Of a DNA stretch of 64,000 nt, positions 38,501 through 52,785 are shown piece after piece; position 1 is the stretch's first letter, and the number at the start of each line of letters is the position of its first letter. Under the pieces are notes generated by a model. That model searched no databases and had not been told where the DNA came from. It saw only the letters and a program-made list of their open reading frames with translations. This DNA comes from Phoronis australis (taxonomy: Eukaryota > Animalia > Phoronida). The stretch lies in NCBI GenBank assembly GCA_002633005.1, contig NMRA01000047.1, positions 62,001-126,000 of the forward strand, read 5' to 3'. Position numbers and translations under genes: made by a program.

Positions 38501-41500
38501 CATCGCTTGCACGTGTAATGTTGCAAACAGCGACTTGTATGACTGGCGTGAGAACGGGCAAATCAACGTGTAAGGAACGTGGCGGTGTGACTATTTGTTA
38601 TAACTTTTTGCTGTTCTTGCTAATAAAAAGGTTAATGAATAATTAAATAAATCAATACTTTTCAGCGAATATCTGGTAGAAACTTTTGTTAACCATGTGC
38701 ATGCGGCAACAATATCTCAATGCCTGAAATTATTTCTAGGTCTGCGTAAAGTTAACAAACAGCAGTTCGTAGTTGGTAAACCTGAATCCTGGGTTGGAGG
38801 TTTGTGCGTTGAAAGGATTTAGTGGCGTATATATCACACTTGCATTCACAGCAAATATTGACTCGCACACATCCAAATTACGGTTACACAAATAAATTGA
38901 TCTGCATTAATGGTACATCGAATGTAACTCAAGGGAAACAGAGCCCTTCAAAAGTACTAATTCACTCGAAAATTTGACGCTGTACTGATCTCATGTCATT
39001 ACGCTTTTTGCATGTTTACCTAGCGGTGAACTCGTAAACTATGTGTTTTCACGTGGCTCAGTGGGTCGCTACTAGTTATAATATGAGTCAATTATGACGA
39101 AATCTGTAGACATATGATGGTAGATGATTTGACTTGTCGTTGATACAGAAAGGTAAAAAGAGACGAAATATAACCGGACAAATTTTACGTGGATTTGAGT
39201 TTTTGTTAATAATAGCACACTCAACAGGTATTTTGCCCCATACTGAAAATTTAGTCTGGGGGGAAATTTGACAAGCCTTCAGATTTGCGTGAGCGAATGG
39301 CTAAGCATTCCCTACAAGTATTTGTACGTTAATCTCCACACAACTAGATGGCAGCTAAGAAACTTAGTAGATGAAGAGTCATACGCAAGGAAAACCTACA
39401 TTGTCACGAGGGTACGCCACGCCAAAAAAATCTACCAAAATCATTATCAGGTGTACTCACCTTGAGTGGAACACAAGTACTGAATTCTATGAAGATCTAT
39501 AAAACACCTTGTAAGATAGTGAGGCACAGACAAAATCAAATGTGCTAGTAGAATTGAAACAGCAGTTGCATCTACGTTAAGCATGATCGTCTCAAGAGGA
39601 ACACATCTCTAAAATTTGATAATAATCGTCCAGGCACTTTAATTGATAGGGAGGCGGAGTTCAAAAATGGACGTAGAATATTAAAAATGGTCACCTGTGC
39701 CCTGTTGCATGAAACAGTGGTGAATTACAGGTTACCGATATTACTGATTGAAAACTCTGTGTTCGCCTCCGTAAAAACACGTCATAGTCCTACGTACATG
39801 AGCGCACAGGTTACTACCAATTACTCCTCTCTGAAATACGATCGTATTCATTATGCATTTCGTAACTGAGAACTCAATTGATCGCACTATCTACCTAAGA
39901 TGTAGCTCACGCCTTAGCTAATTAGAGACAAACTGAAGCTAGATAATGTTAGATGAATTCGCGTTTCATGGCTTCGGTGTCATGATTGCATGTTGCTATG
40001 ACGTCAACGACTGTAATGACGTGAAAACTTTCGTGATGCTTAACATGCATGCATTGTGAACCACACCCTAGTCTAGGCCTTCTTTGCTGATTTTATTTTG
40101 GAAATTTGTTATGCTCAGAAATAGACTTTAAAAAGAGTGACATTCGCGACTTCCGGCACAAAAACGCATTTTTGCGATCATTGTTGGTTTGGGTAGGCTT
40201 TCTGGAGACATTAGTTTTGCCTAGATGTATAGAACAGCAGCATCCGTAGTGTTTTTTGTGATTTTATTAGAAATGGCCAAGTCATGAAGAGTCGAATTAG
40301 CTGAATTCGACACTGGCGACCTTATTAGTACGCTTGAAATACTCGGCTACTTGTCTGACTCTTGCTTTTAGCGCCACTTCGCGGACTACAACGGTTCGTA
40401 GTTTTGAATCCGTCTGAATGACCTTAAATACACAACATTGTCCTCGAAAATGTCATTTTAATTTCAAAATGTCAAGGGTTTAACACGTAATCGATAAAAT
40501 GTGAATCTAGCGCATTTCGATGTTTAAAATAGTCACGTTTTGTTTACGCAGAGTACATGTATTCATCACTGGCTATGTGAGATCATAGTTTGTAGACAAC
40601 AGATTCGCAACTCTGACATTTTCGTGCGTACTATCCTAGACGAGGCACTACTCTTCTTAGTTATCTGTTGCAGTTTACGGTTAGTGTATTGTAAGGACAA
40701 AACGGCCGACCTGATTAAAGCAGACGACGTACTTGCCGGAAATAATACCAGATAATTTGGCCAGGTGTCTCTAGTGAATAGTGACGTCATTGCTTCTGTG
40801 AGAGCACAGATTTTGTCCATTAAAAGTATATGGAGTTGGCGATCCATATCTTCTTGTGCTCAACCGGCTTCAACCGCTACGTTTTTTGTGCATTGTTAAC
40901 ACTTCTTCGTTACGGGTACTAAGCAACTAACCAACGCTCGGTTTCGCGATACCATGGAGAGAATGTCACAACAAATGTTGCTATTTCTGCCGCACCCCGT
41001 TGACCCCAGCACTAATACATTTATACCACTAGGCCTACTACATTTACTATTACTACATTTGCTACAACTAATACTGCTGCTGCTGCCGCCACTACATCCG
41101 CGTTGCTGATGCTACGTCCAAAATTCTCTACCTATTATAACATAGACCTCAGGTTCACAGAGCAAGCCATATTTTGCCCAGATGACCTTTTTCTTCTGTG
41201 TTCCCGAATCCAAATGACCATTTTAATGTGTTTTATAGATGATGATTTAGGGCAAGGAGTTTTGACCTCACTGACCCTAATTTTCCTGTCTAGTTAGGTC
41301 CTAATTACCATAAAATGTAAATATCCATATCTCTCTAACGACTTGATAGAATCAGAGACTCTAGCTCAATTCTTAAGTTAGCCACGGTGCCCGATTTATT
41401 TTCGACTCTGACTGGTAATTCAAGGTCCAATCAGTGCCAGCTGTCAGAATAGAGCAAGCATGTGCAAGTATTATAAGAAGTCAACATTTTTTGGCCTAAA

Positions 41501-42462
41501 TGACTATTTCGAGGTGCATTTTCGATCCTGAAATACGGAAGGTAATGTCGATGGCATTAACCCTGGTGTGCCTGCATAATTATCTTATAACTAGAAAAAC
41601 TGAAAATTTTAAATATTCACATCGTTCGATCCACTTGGTGGAATCTGATATTCGTTGGCTTGATTCTTATGTTAACCCGAGACCCCCTCTCCGCCATTTG
41701 CATTTTCACTTAGCAATAAACCGCTCGTAAACGATATACATTCACTAGGCTCACTGGCCTGCATTTGGGCCATTAGTGATTATAATATGACATCCTTAGG
41801 TCAAAATTTGTGAGCAAGCATTGTCGTCTCTTTGATGGACATTTATTTGCGAATGAATTTCGTTAACATCTATCAAACAACTTGTTAGATATGGAGCCAT
41901 GGTCAAACCAAACCTTAGTTGCCACTAGCGTACGCTTCAGCTCGTAGATATAGAGGCAAAGAAAATTTAAATTGTCTCTTCGGTGCGTCAAAGTAGTTAC
42001 CCCGTCTGAGAATCACTGAACGTCGGCCGTGTTCATTTGACTGCAATTACATTTGTGAAATTTCATAATGATCCTTCCAGCGGTTCAGCGAACCGAAAAT
42101 AATAAAAGTGGCAAATACATGTAGTGGGCAAAGAGTAGGTAGAATCTGCCAGAAAACGGCAATGTGTTATCATCTCCTTAATAGAAACCTGTTTGCCAAA
42201 GTTCTTGTAAACCCACCGAGGAAACTGTAAGCTATGAAGACTAAAGTAAGAAACAACAACTAAATTTGTTCCTACGGTGCGCAGCGGTCGTCAAATTACG
42301 TCCAAAAATCCGTTTGTGTCATCCCTTTCATATTAGGAACATGTGTGCAAGATCTCATTAATATCCATAGAGGAGTTTCACAGACTCAGCAGCGGTTGCC
42401 AGACGCCGGTCGGACGAACGGACAGAAGATATGAGGGAAGATTGAGGGATGGGAAGGGGGGG

Positions 42463-42587
42463 NNNNNNNNNNNNNNNNNNNNNNNNNNNNNNNNNNNNNN
42501 NNNNNNNNNNNNNNNNNNNNNNNNNNNNNNNNNNNNNNNNNNNNNNNNNNNNNNNNNNNNNNNNNNNNNNNNNNNNNNNNNNNNNNN
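42463..42587. other. Assembly gap
   Basis: Run of N. Confidence 0.99.
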
Positions 42588-44635
42588 CGGGGGATAACGT
42601 TATAATGGTAAGGTAACCTTACTTTTTAAAGATGCGGAGTATCCAGCTGAATGTTGGAAATTTACGTTACAACCGGCAAACTTTCTTGGGTTCCAATTTC
42701 TATATCACTTGACAATTGGCCACCAGTTCACTTTGTACTACAGCGGAAAATAGTGACAATGTTTTGTCTTTTTTCCCCTACTACGAGTCGATTATTAAAG
42801 AAACTTCATTTCTTCCCGCATTGTGTGTTTTCTGTAGCGACAAACTTATTTCGACATTTTTGTGTGGCATGCAGAACACATTTTTCATCAGTTAATAGGT
42901 TTTAGTCCAAGTGTGTTGATTTGTGTGGACCTGATTAACATACACGACGGTCAGACTCTCTGTCTTTAAAGTCTTACAGAATGCATCGCAACTGAAGAAA
43001 GTATATGGAGAGACTGACCACAATGGCTCACCCATTACAGTAGCAACGCAGAATTGAAACAGAGACGTGTTATGGGATGTGGCGGAAGTAAAGTGGCTTA
43101 TTCACAAATCAAAAGGAGGCAATATAGAGAAGACAGCGAAATGCACACAACCATTTCTTACCTGGAAAAAGAAAGAGGCGAACCTGACGGTGGCAATATT
43201 GGTTAGTGAATGATGTTGGCTAAAGGGCTGTTGTTTTACCTAGTGTGTCGAAAGTCGGTTTTGTGGTTCAGTACATGTATTCTGTGCTTCCTGCTTTATC
43301 AGGGTTGCGTTACGCAAGACATTAGCTTACATAAGTGTATACTAAAAGCGAAACATATTCGTTCACGGAACGGACACCGCGTGAATTTAACCCCACAATT
43401 TAACATTCTAACCTCACCGATCAATCACTTCAGTGGCCGGAAATTTGCTAGGATAGGCTAGTAAGCTCCCGAGCATACCCGTGAAACACTCGCCTGTATC
43501 TCGTGTGGTATAGCGAGATCTTAGTAATACTTTTCTCTCAAGAAACAGAACGTTCTCCAGTTTATTCCTTGTTTTAGACTTACTAAATGTGCAGGACAAT
43601 ATACTTACTTTCAAATCAAGAAAATTTGAATGTGTCCAGACGCGGTTACATGATCTTTACCAAACACGGGTTGCATGTGTTGTAATCTATGTAAATACTA
43701 TTTTCAAAATGCTAAGGTCTTTACTGATGGAAAGGCGCTCTTAGTATAAACTAATGACTAATTAAATAGAAGGTAGTTACGATTATATCAAAGTAAACCA
43801 GCAGGGAGGTGGGGGGGTCTGTGTCAATAGCCCCTTCTCCGGATTCGCGCGTATGATCAACAGGTAAGGATAGTTTGAGAGCCTTCTCATCTGTTTATGG
43901 TCATGACAAAAAAACACAATTGTCATTTTTCGAAGAACGATGTCTATGGCATGACATTAAATATGGCAAGACTACTTCCCTCACCCAAATGGCTCATCGT
44001 GGCCTGTCTTATTCAAGCTACCCTCATTTCAAAAATTCATTATGTGCGCCGCCAAATTACTTCAATCCCGTGAAACTGTTGTTTTCCAGGCTGCGTTCCG
44101 TAAACCCAGTTTACGTTATGTAAGACCCAAAGAAAGTGTTTAAATCTGGCTAACTTTGGAACATGTCCAAGGAATGGATGATTGGATTAATATGAAACTT
44201 TAAAATGCTATATTTTATGCAGTGTTCACCAAAACTCTGTTAAAAATTAATTTTTGGAATGCCCCACTTTTGTACGAGGGCTCTCAAAATAGGGCTTTTG
44301 TGATTTTTATGTAAAAAAATCAAAAGTTGTATGAAAAGAAAACGAAATGACATTTTAAAAGCTGTAACAACTGTTTTGAGATTTCATCTTGAATATTTAG
44401 ACCATGCTAATACCGTTTTTTTCGAAATGAATGTACCTTTGTTTCTTGCTAAAAGTAAAAGACATGGTCACGTGACCCAATCGATGATATGTTAGTAAAA
44501 ATTCAGAAATGGAGTTCTACGTGTTTTCTACTTCTAGAAAATACATAACTTTACTGAGTTAAAATCTGTAGATTTGGTGATATTTAGCCAAATACACAGA
44601 CTATTACACGTACATAAAGTCCTAAAATACCTTAA

Positions 44636-45025
44636 AGAGGCACGGAACGCGAAAGCTCGTCAAAAACATCTTTTAAACAATTCCTGACGAAAATACCATA
44701 TCTCAACTACACAGTTATTCTCTTTCCCCGGTGAGGGAATTTCCACAAAAATCACAAAATTCACGGTTTTTGAAATACGCGAGAAGGAAAAACAATGTAG
44801 TTACCACAGGGTTGTTAATCTCTTCCCCCACTCACGCACAGTCATTTGACAAAGAGCAGATTATCATGTGTGACCGCAGTGTGAATCTGAGGTCAACAGC
44901 ACAATATGAGGCAAGCCAGTGAAGCAAGCAATTTTCCAAACATAATGCCAAGTACATTTTAGTATACGTTTGAATACTACGGTACCTTTATAACAAAATT
45001 TAAAAGGGTTTACATTAAGTGCCTC
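44636..45025. mobile_element. TTAA-flanked MITE (Kolobok-like)
   Basis: TTAA-AGAGGCAC ... GTGCCTC-TTAA; the TIR is short. Confidence 0.5.
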
Positions 45026-45593
45026 TTAATCGGACTGGCTGCGGCTTGAAGTCGCCATTGGTTTGTTTACATCAAAATTCAAAGGTCACATTTTCTATAT
45101 AACTATGACTTGCCATACCAAATAAGGAGACGGGCTTTGCCTTGTGTGAGAAAAATCGACGAACTGACAAATCGTATTTTTAAAATTTGAAACTAAAAGA
45201 AAAATGCTTCGACTTCAACAGAAATTCAAAATCTTTACGAACAAACCGTAAAAATACCTGGTGAGCAGGTTTGAATTCTGTTTCAGTGACAGAGAACCAC
45301 TTTGAGTAATGCAAGTCTGTTTTAGCGTTCCAGACCTCTTTAAGACACCCGCGAAAAAAAACTAAACTAGTGTTACACATGCGCCGCCAGTAATGCATGG
45401 CAGTATCTCGCGAAGACTTTAATGGTGTGTTTTCGCGAGTTTCGTGCGTCTACGGAACGCAACCCAGTCAGAGTGCGTATAGTATTGCATCAGCCAGATC
45501 ATGTCAATCACAAAAATTAGACTGACGGTTTTGGCCACAGAATAAATTTGACTAGAGCGCCATGTAAGTTTTTGCAGAAGTATGACAACATAA

Positions 45594-46285
45594 TGTAACC
45601 GTGAACCGTGTTGACTAGGCTTTACATATGTGCAAATATCTTAAATTCTGTTAGCTGTAATCCCTACAAAGTAGATATTTTCGGAAAGATGAATAAATTT
45701 CCCCCAAAAAATTGTATTATTCTTATTTATTTGTCTTTATTTTTCATGAGATATGCGTTTTTTTAGTAAAAATCTGGGTGTTTTTGACTTTGAACAATAA
45801 AAATACTGTTCCGCCAATCAAGCTGGTCTTTTGTCAACATGTTGATAGCGGCATTTTCGAGGGAAAGGTGTCTCAATTTTTTTAAATAGGTCTAATTTTT
45901 TCGTAAAGAAGCCTTCAAAACTTAAGAATGGGGCCGCTTTTCTCAAATTGCTCTAAAAAGTGAAAAATTATAAAACTAAGACATATATCAAAAAATATCT
46001 CAAAAATCTGGTTCCCTCGAAAATGCTCTTATCGACATGTTGCCAAAAATCAAAAATGATTGGAGAAGGAACATTTTTAAAATATCTGTTCAAAGTCTAA
46101 AAAACATTTTTTCACTAAAAACGCATATTTTGTGAAAAATAAAGACAATAATAAGTAAGAATAATAACTTTTGTTTGGACTTTGTTTTCACCTTTAGAAA
46201 ACACAGACTTTGTAGGGATTGCAGCTAACAGAATTTAAGATATGTGCACATAAGTACAACCCGGGAAACAAGGTTTACGGTGACA
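45594..46285. mobile_element. Foldback MITE with ~290-bp diverged inverted arms
   Basis: ATATCTTAAATTCTGTTAGCTGTAATCCCTACAAAGT (45636-45672) versus ACTTTGTAGGGATTGCAGCTAACAGAATTTAAGATAT (46207-46243); GCATTTTCGAGGGAA versus TTCCCTCGAAAATGC; ATAA/TTAA flanks. Confidence 0.85.
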
Positions 46286-48799
46286 TTAAGAGGATGTCCA
46301 GGCAAAATTGCAAGACAGAATTGGGCGTTGTTCACGAGAATGATTTTATTAGTTGTAATGACGACAGGTGCGCAATTGAATGGATCTAACGAATTAAAAA
46401 TGTAGAGCTTGCAGGTGCGTGCCTAGGTGCAGTCTTAATTGGCAAAACGTATTTTTCCCATGCCATTACAATGATATCGTTCCGCGATTTGTGTTAGATG
46501 AAAAACCTTATACAAAACTGCGTCATCACTTAATTGGTTTGTCACCTGAGACTGAATGAATATCATCACCTGATTTTCTCTCAGTATTAGCGTACTTTGA
46601 TTTAGATTCTTGAGACAATATCCAAAATAATGCGTTTTGTAAGGATACAAAGCGATTTCGCTCATGAACCTAAACTTATATTGGCTGTCGGATATCCCTT
46701 TGCATATACACGCACATGCGCAGTTTCATGTCTTCCGTACATGGGTCTCTTCATGCAGAGACTTTACCAGTTTTATGATCGAAGAGATTTTGTGAATAAT
46801 TAGCTTTGACCTGAGCTGTAAAACAATCTGTTGTACTTTGGGCATGTCATTACAAATTTCCAATTCTCGTCGACACACATTTGCTGAAATCACGGAAAGC
46901 GTCTTTGTCAGTTGAATACCATTAAAATTCTCTGCTATTTATTGACTGGATTTTAGCTCCGCCAGCACAGCGATTGAGTGCACCCGCGGGACTTGACGAT
47001 TCACCCGCAGGACTTGACAATTTGGTTCCCGCTCCGAAGTTGATCGCTTTTCTAGCCGATAGTGCTCCTCTAAGTGTTATGCACGTCATGTAGTCAATGT
47101 TAAGTTAAACTCATTCCAACATTTAACGTTTTTTAATGGTTAAGTGAAGCTTGCTAGGCATGCTATTCTAAAAACTTGGTATTTGTTGTTTGCTCTCATA
47201 TAGGTCTCGTAAAATAGTGAATGCATCTACACGGTAGTGGGCAACAAAATGGTTGGCTTTGTTGCATAAGGACTGGTTGCAGTTTCTGAAAGCAACGCTT
47301 TTATTGCAGGTACTGGGGTCTCCGATCATCAAACACTTCAACAAACTAGCGATGTAGCCAAGATTCCGGAAGCAAAAGAAAGAAAATATAATACACCGTG
47401 ACGTCATCTACTCTCGCGTTTGTTGGAATTATCGTCACTGAAGGTCTCAATTGTCTCTTACCCGTCGATTGAACAATTTGATGGTTCCCTGTGGCGGCGG
47501 TGTAGCTTCAGGGGATCTCTCGGATTGAGAAATGTGCGAGTTCTTCTTAATGACGTAGCAGGCTGCGAGTGAACAACATCGGAGCAATGAGTGGCATTTT
47601 TTATTTTGGCGGAGATTTGCCATCACAATGAACTCAACAAGTTTGTGCCTTTGCGTGCTGTGCCGCCCAGCGCGTAGACCTACAATCTGTACCCGTAATT
47701 GTCTCCAACACGCTGTGTACACTTTTACTAAAATTGTGTATAATTTTCTTGTTTCCTTTTCCTCGCATGTTTAAGCTTGAAACCTCGGAGTGATCATTCC
47801 AGTTTAAATATTGAATAGAAAGCGTATTTAATACACGTCTGGAAATTAGTAAAGAGCATGCAACTGACGCCGACACAAGGAGTGGTGGTTGATTTATGAG
47901 AGTGATAACTTGCACACTATGGCGCCGCGAGTTTCCGAATGAAAGTCGTTTCCACGCACGGAAATACATGATTGTACGATAAGTGCTATCAACGGACTGA
48001 AACGTCACAGCTACAACGCACAAGTGTAATTCTTTAATATTCGTCTTAATATTAACATGAAATGGAAGCATTCTGGCGACATTTTGACTACATGCATTTG
48101 CGAATTGATTGACCTCTCTTCGTTTTACACCACGAAGAACAGTCAAAATGTCCATGACTTGGATAAAGCACCTAACTGGCATTTAAAGATACCACGACAA
48201 GATCCCCAAGTTTTTCTGTCACGCGCTTTCAAATTAGGATAAAAAACTGTTTTACTGATTTCCTCAGGGTATAATGATATCGCCACGTGCTTTGCTCACA
48301 CGTCGCACCTCTGTAATTCTGAAAAAAAAGAAGTAGAATTCATCAAGAACACATTCTCGCTGTGTCACGAAGCGGGGCCATTGGTGCTAGAAGGAATATC
48401 TTGCGCCACAGCAGTTGATTGATTCAGAAACACCGTTAGTCACACTCACCCATTGGACAGATTTCACTGCCATATTACAGGCGTGCTCTGAACTACTGAG
48501 TGTTGTACAACCATGACCTCGTTCAAAGAACGAGTTTTGGTGATTTCCCATTAGAGGAACTTCGGTTTACCGAATCTTCTCCGAAACATCGCTTACCTTT
48601 CTGACTAGAAATCGATAGTGAAGTTATCGTTGAATGGCGATCCAATCATTGGAGTAGACACCAGACGGCACAATTCATTCGTACTTTCGAAGGAATATTG
48701 AGTAGTGAGCTTGAGGCTAACTGAAAATTGTTCTGCCGTTTACGAGTTTTGAATAAAATGATCAGTGTCATTCTTCATCAGATATGCATATATTGCTCT

Positions 48800-49320
48800 G
48801 ACGTCAAGTTTGTTTTTTTGTTCGCACTCTACAGGTCGCAATTTTCTTCCGATCCACACGAAATTTACACACAACTTGTAGGTCTAAAAGTGCTGGAAGC
48901 CTATTGTTTCTGGTTATGATCAAGTCCAAGATGGCGGATATGGCGGCCATTTTGTTTCCGTTTTAAGGTTCAGATACTCACAAAGGCCGCATTTTTGACG
49001 TATACGGCTGAAAATTAACACAATTATAGAAGTGAACAAGAGCTATAAACACGAGCGAAATCACTTACTTCCCTTCAAAGATAGCGGAAATATTGGAAAT
49101 TGCGCACCTCGGATTTGAGCTGGAAACGTTTTGTCCTGTACAGGGCGCATTATAAGATCAGTTGCTTCGAAATTTATCATATATTAGTTCCCTATGACAA
49201 GCCATTACCTATTGCTGCGGAACCGGAAGTTAGTTTCAAGATGGCGGATCTGCCACATGTTGACCCATTTTCAGTCATGCTGGGGTGCCATTTTAAACGG
49301 GAAGAGAAAATGACGTGAAT
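48800..49320. mobile_element. Fragment of a common non-autonomous interspersed repeat (possibly Helentron-associated)
   Basis: Repeated CAAGATGGCGG..GCCATTTTG motifs and CCGATC..GAAATTT..ACA motifs. Family assignment is from resemblance only. Confidence 0.35.
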
Positions 49321-50481
49321 TTTTGCATGTGATTTTTTGTGTTATATTCTTTCAAATGAACTGTAACAATGTTTTTCTCAGACTTACCGTTTTCGAATTA
49401 TTTGACTTTGAATTTCAAAAAAAAATTTCAATTTTTTCGAAAGTTTACGGAATTTTTGCGAAACTAACATGTTAGATTGAATTTTGAAGGGCTTTCAGAT
49501 GATATTTTTCATTTTTTCGCTAAGGCGTCTAATTTTTTAATTATTCGACATTTTCCGATAGCCCTGTTCCTTTTTTGAACGCTCTTGCTGCATTGATGTT
49601 GGTTTGGTTTCTATTGAACAAGACTGTAGCCTATTTCTTACTGTTTCTGACATCTTCGCTAGTTGTTGTTCATAATCGCCCTCATCATAATCCTAATCTT
49701 CATCGTCGTCGTCATCTCCATCGTTTTTCCGTCAATTTCGCCAAGTGTCGCTCCTCCGAGCGCTTTCATTTTATTTATTTACTTGCGTCTATTGAGTGCA
49801 CGTAACAAAGAACACGTTTTGCAAGTTTCGCATGATGGTATATCGTTGTTGCAACCTCTATTGATAACTTCGACGAAGCTTCGTTATAATCGTTCCCACT
49901 ACACCGAATTTTCTCTGAGTACCCAAGCTTCGCTTTTAAATCCTACCACGTTCCGCAAAGTTTTGCTTGCAGATTAACTACCGAAGTTGACCTTTCCTTC
50001 TTACCGAAACTTCGGTAAAAGTAAAGTTATGACTCTAAAGGGAAAGCACCTTTTGAACTAAACTTAAACGTCTAGCACAGAAAAATAAGAGCTACAAGAA
50101 CGGGTTTAGCTAATAGACTTGAAAGGGGGCTGACTTTTATTCCAAAAAGCATGATCTCTTAATTTATTTCAAAAAATGCAATGCCGTGACCGGGGTCTTT
50201 GTACATAGAAACAATCGTAACATTACTAAACCTTTATTTGGATATTTGACGCTATGTATTTGGGATCATAATTACAGACTGATATGTATGCCACATGCAG
50301 TTATAGGGTGAATTAATTTTATTATTACATGTTCATATTTTGCAGACACTCAAATTTATGTATTGTAAATATGTTTGGATAATAAATGCGAAAAAATATT
50401 GCTGAACACGCAGTTTTACATGTATGGGAGTTACATACAAACAGCCAGAAAACTGTTCAGTGAATGCGAGTTGTATAAATT

Positions 50482-50881
50482 GCTGTGCGTGAACTTGGAA
50501 TCTTACTTTATCTCAAGATCGCGTATGCGTAAACTTGGAATACACGAGGAAACTTGAGAAATTCACTCAAATTATAACGTTCACGTTGCTAAAAATTTGC
50601 ACTACACTAAATCAAATTATATTTTAATAAAATAAGACAAAGTTTAACCATTTTTCAAGTATTGACGATCTTATATTCACCAAACATTAACCATTCACAT
50701 ATTCCTCCGATTTTTTGACACAAGGTACGGTAAAGGAGAAAATGGGTGATCATGAGATCGGTATTTCCAAAAATTCTTTACACTGAAAAAAAAGTTCAGC
50801 TGATTGCTCAAATGAATATTCAATTCCAAGTTCACGCATACGGGATCTGTAGATTAAGCAGGATTCCAAGTTCACGCACAG
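50482..50881. repeat. ~60-bp inverted repeat pair (probable MITE remnant)
   Basis: CTGTGCGTGAACTTGGAATC..GTATGCGTAAACTTGGAAT versus ATTCCAAGTTCACGCATAC..GATTCCAAGTTCACGCACAG; each arm holds two copies of TGCGTGAACTTGGAAT. Confidence 0.7.
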
Positions 50882-51339
50882 AAGTATAATAAAGGAGGCT
50901 ACGACGAATACAATTTGGTCGTGATCAATCTTCCAGAAGATCCCCATAGGATTGTGGCATTGACATATCACGTGAGTAAGCAATTAAAGTTCGTTGACCA
51001 GCAAAGTTAACCAGATAATCAGGTAGATCCCCTTGGCTTCTCACAGTGACAAGTAGGGCTCGGCAGAGATAAAAGAAATCAATTAAGATATTCATCTCAC
51101 CCATTCGCGAGGGTTTAGGTGCTAACGAAACGGACAATGGAGAATGTCAGTTTAACACGTACCTTATCATTTGGGCAGGGCTCAAACTATTGATACACGT
51201 AAACTTATCAAATGAATAATTATTGTCACGCTGGGAATTTATAATCAGCAGTAAGGTATAAAGACTAGTTTTTAAACGGCTGGTTTATGGTATTGTCTCA
51301 GCAAGCGTATCGAATTCCTTATACTCACGACAATGTTCA

Positions 51340-52785
51340 CGGGTGAGAAACAACATGGCCGCCGGTCCTCTTAAATCGGACCGACGCACCCAAAACAGGA
51401 CCTCCGGGGATCAAATGGGACCGTCGCACCAGAAAATGGGGCTGACACGCCTAAAAACATGACCGCCTCACCAGAAAACAGGACTGCCGGGGACTGAACA
51501 TGACCGCCGGGGACTATTTGAAACCGCAGTGACAAACAAGTTAAGATTTATTACCTGTAGGCCTACACAGATCATACAATGGAGCTATATACGTATGCAT
51601 ATGCAGGTCTCGTGCCGATTACTCCAATGAAATCTTTTCATTGTGCGCTACAGGACATTTCGCTTTGTAACACGCGGCGCTTTTGAGTTTTAACCACAAA
51701 CCACGTTGCACGCTTTTGAGCTATATAATTATAACTTTATCCACTGCGTAAGTTTTAGAACAAAATGAAAATCGTTTTTTTCCAATTTGACGTTTTATTG
51801 AAGAAAAAAGGCGTTCTGGTTCTCGGGTGAAGCATCATAACTACCCTTTGTGCGGCAAAGCAGTATACTAAATATACAGCTTGGCGCCGATGTGGGTAAA
51901 ACACTGGACATGTAAAATCTTCACCGAATTAGTGTTTTTAACGACACTCTTCCTTTGAGTAAACTAAATTATTTATCAGCGCTCGCCGGGAAAATTGTCG
52001 TTCTGTCGTTATTCTGCTGCTAAAATTGAGATGCGTTCTTTTAGGTCGGCTTACATTGACCAGTTCCTTAATTTTTTCACCGTTCAGTCAGTTCTTCTTC
52101 TCTTCTACGACGTTGCGTACATAGCACAACAAATTATCGGAACTGGTTTCATTTCGTCATAAGTTTTTAGTATTTTAATACCAGCAAATCGAATTTCAGA
52201 ACCAATCGTGCTGCTGCGAAGTTGAGTCATCATCTTCCGAAAGACGTCGCAAAATTTTAGGACATGTCGCGTGCTCATGTCACGAGCGCGACAGACTTTT
52301 TTGTTACATTAGGCAAACAAATGACATTCATTAGATTGTTTTTCACTCAAGCGGCTGCAACCTGCAAGGTGAGTGTTGATTGACTCCTAGATTTTGCATG
52401 CGCCTGCTCCGCTCGCTAGCTCTACATGTTGATATAAGTTTCACGACGAGGTGACGAGCAGAACTATACCCGGGCTGTGGGAAATTTCGGGGATGTAACG
52501 GAGCTCAATAACGCAGTGCTACCAAGCTTTATTTTGGCGAGTCTTTACACAGCTAGCTGACCGGTTACGTAATCACAAGCAGTATCATACAAAGACATTG
52601 ATAACTACATATTGTCCGGCGGTCATGTTCAGTCCCCGGCGGTCCTGTTTTCTGGTGGGGCGGTCATGTTTTTAGGTGCGCCAGTCCCATTTTCTGGTGT
52701 GACGGTCCCATTTGATCCCCGGAGATCCTGTTTTGGGTGAGTCAGTCCGATTTAGAGGACCGGCGGTCATGTTGTTTCTCACCCG
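51340..52785. mobile_element. Non-autonomous Mutator/foldback-like element with ~170-bp TIRs built of ~19-20-bp subrepeats
   Basis: CGGGTGAGAAACAACATGGCCGCCGG... (51340-51512) versus ...CCGGCGGTCATGTTGTTTCTCACCCG (52615-52785). Subrepeat AAACAKGACCGCC. Degenerate 9-bp flanks CAATGTTCA / CGATGTTGT. Confidence 0.85.

Noticed and set aside
46981-47022. 21-bp direct repeat CACCCGCRGGACTTGACRATT x2
   Set aside because: Only two units and no associated structure.
47634-48182. 182-aa minus-strand ORF
   Set aside because: No domain motif or coding-like composition recognised.
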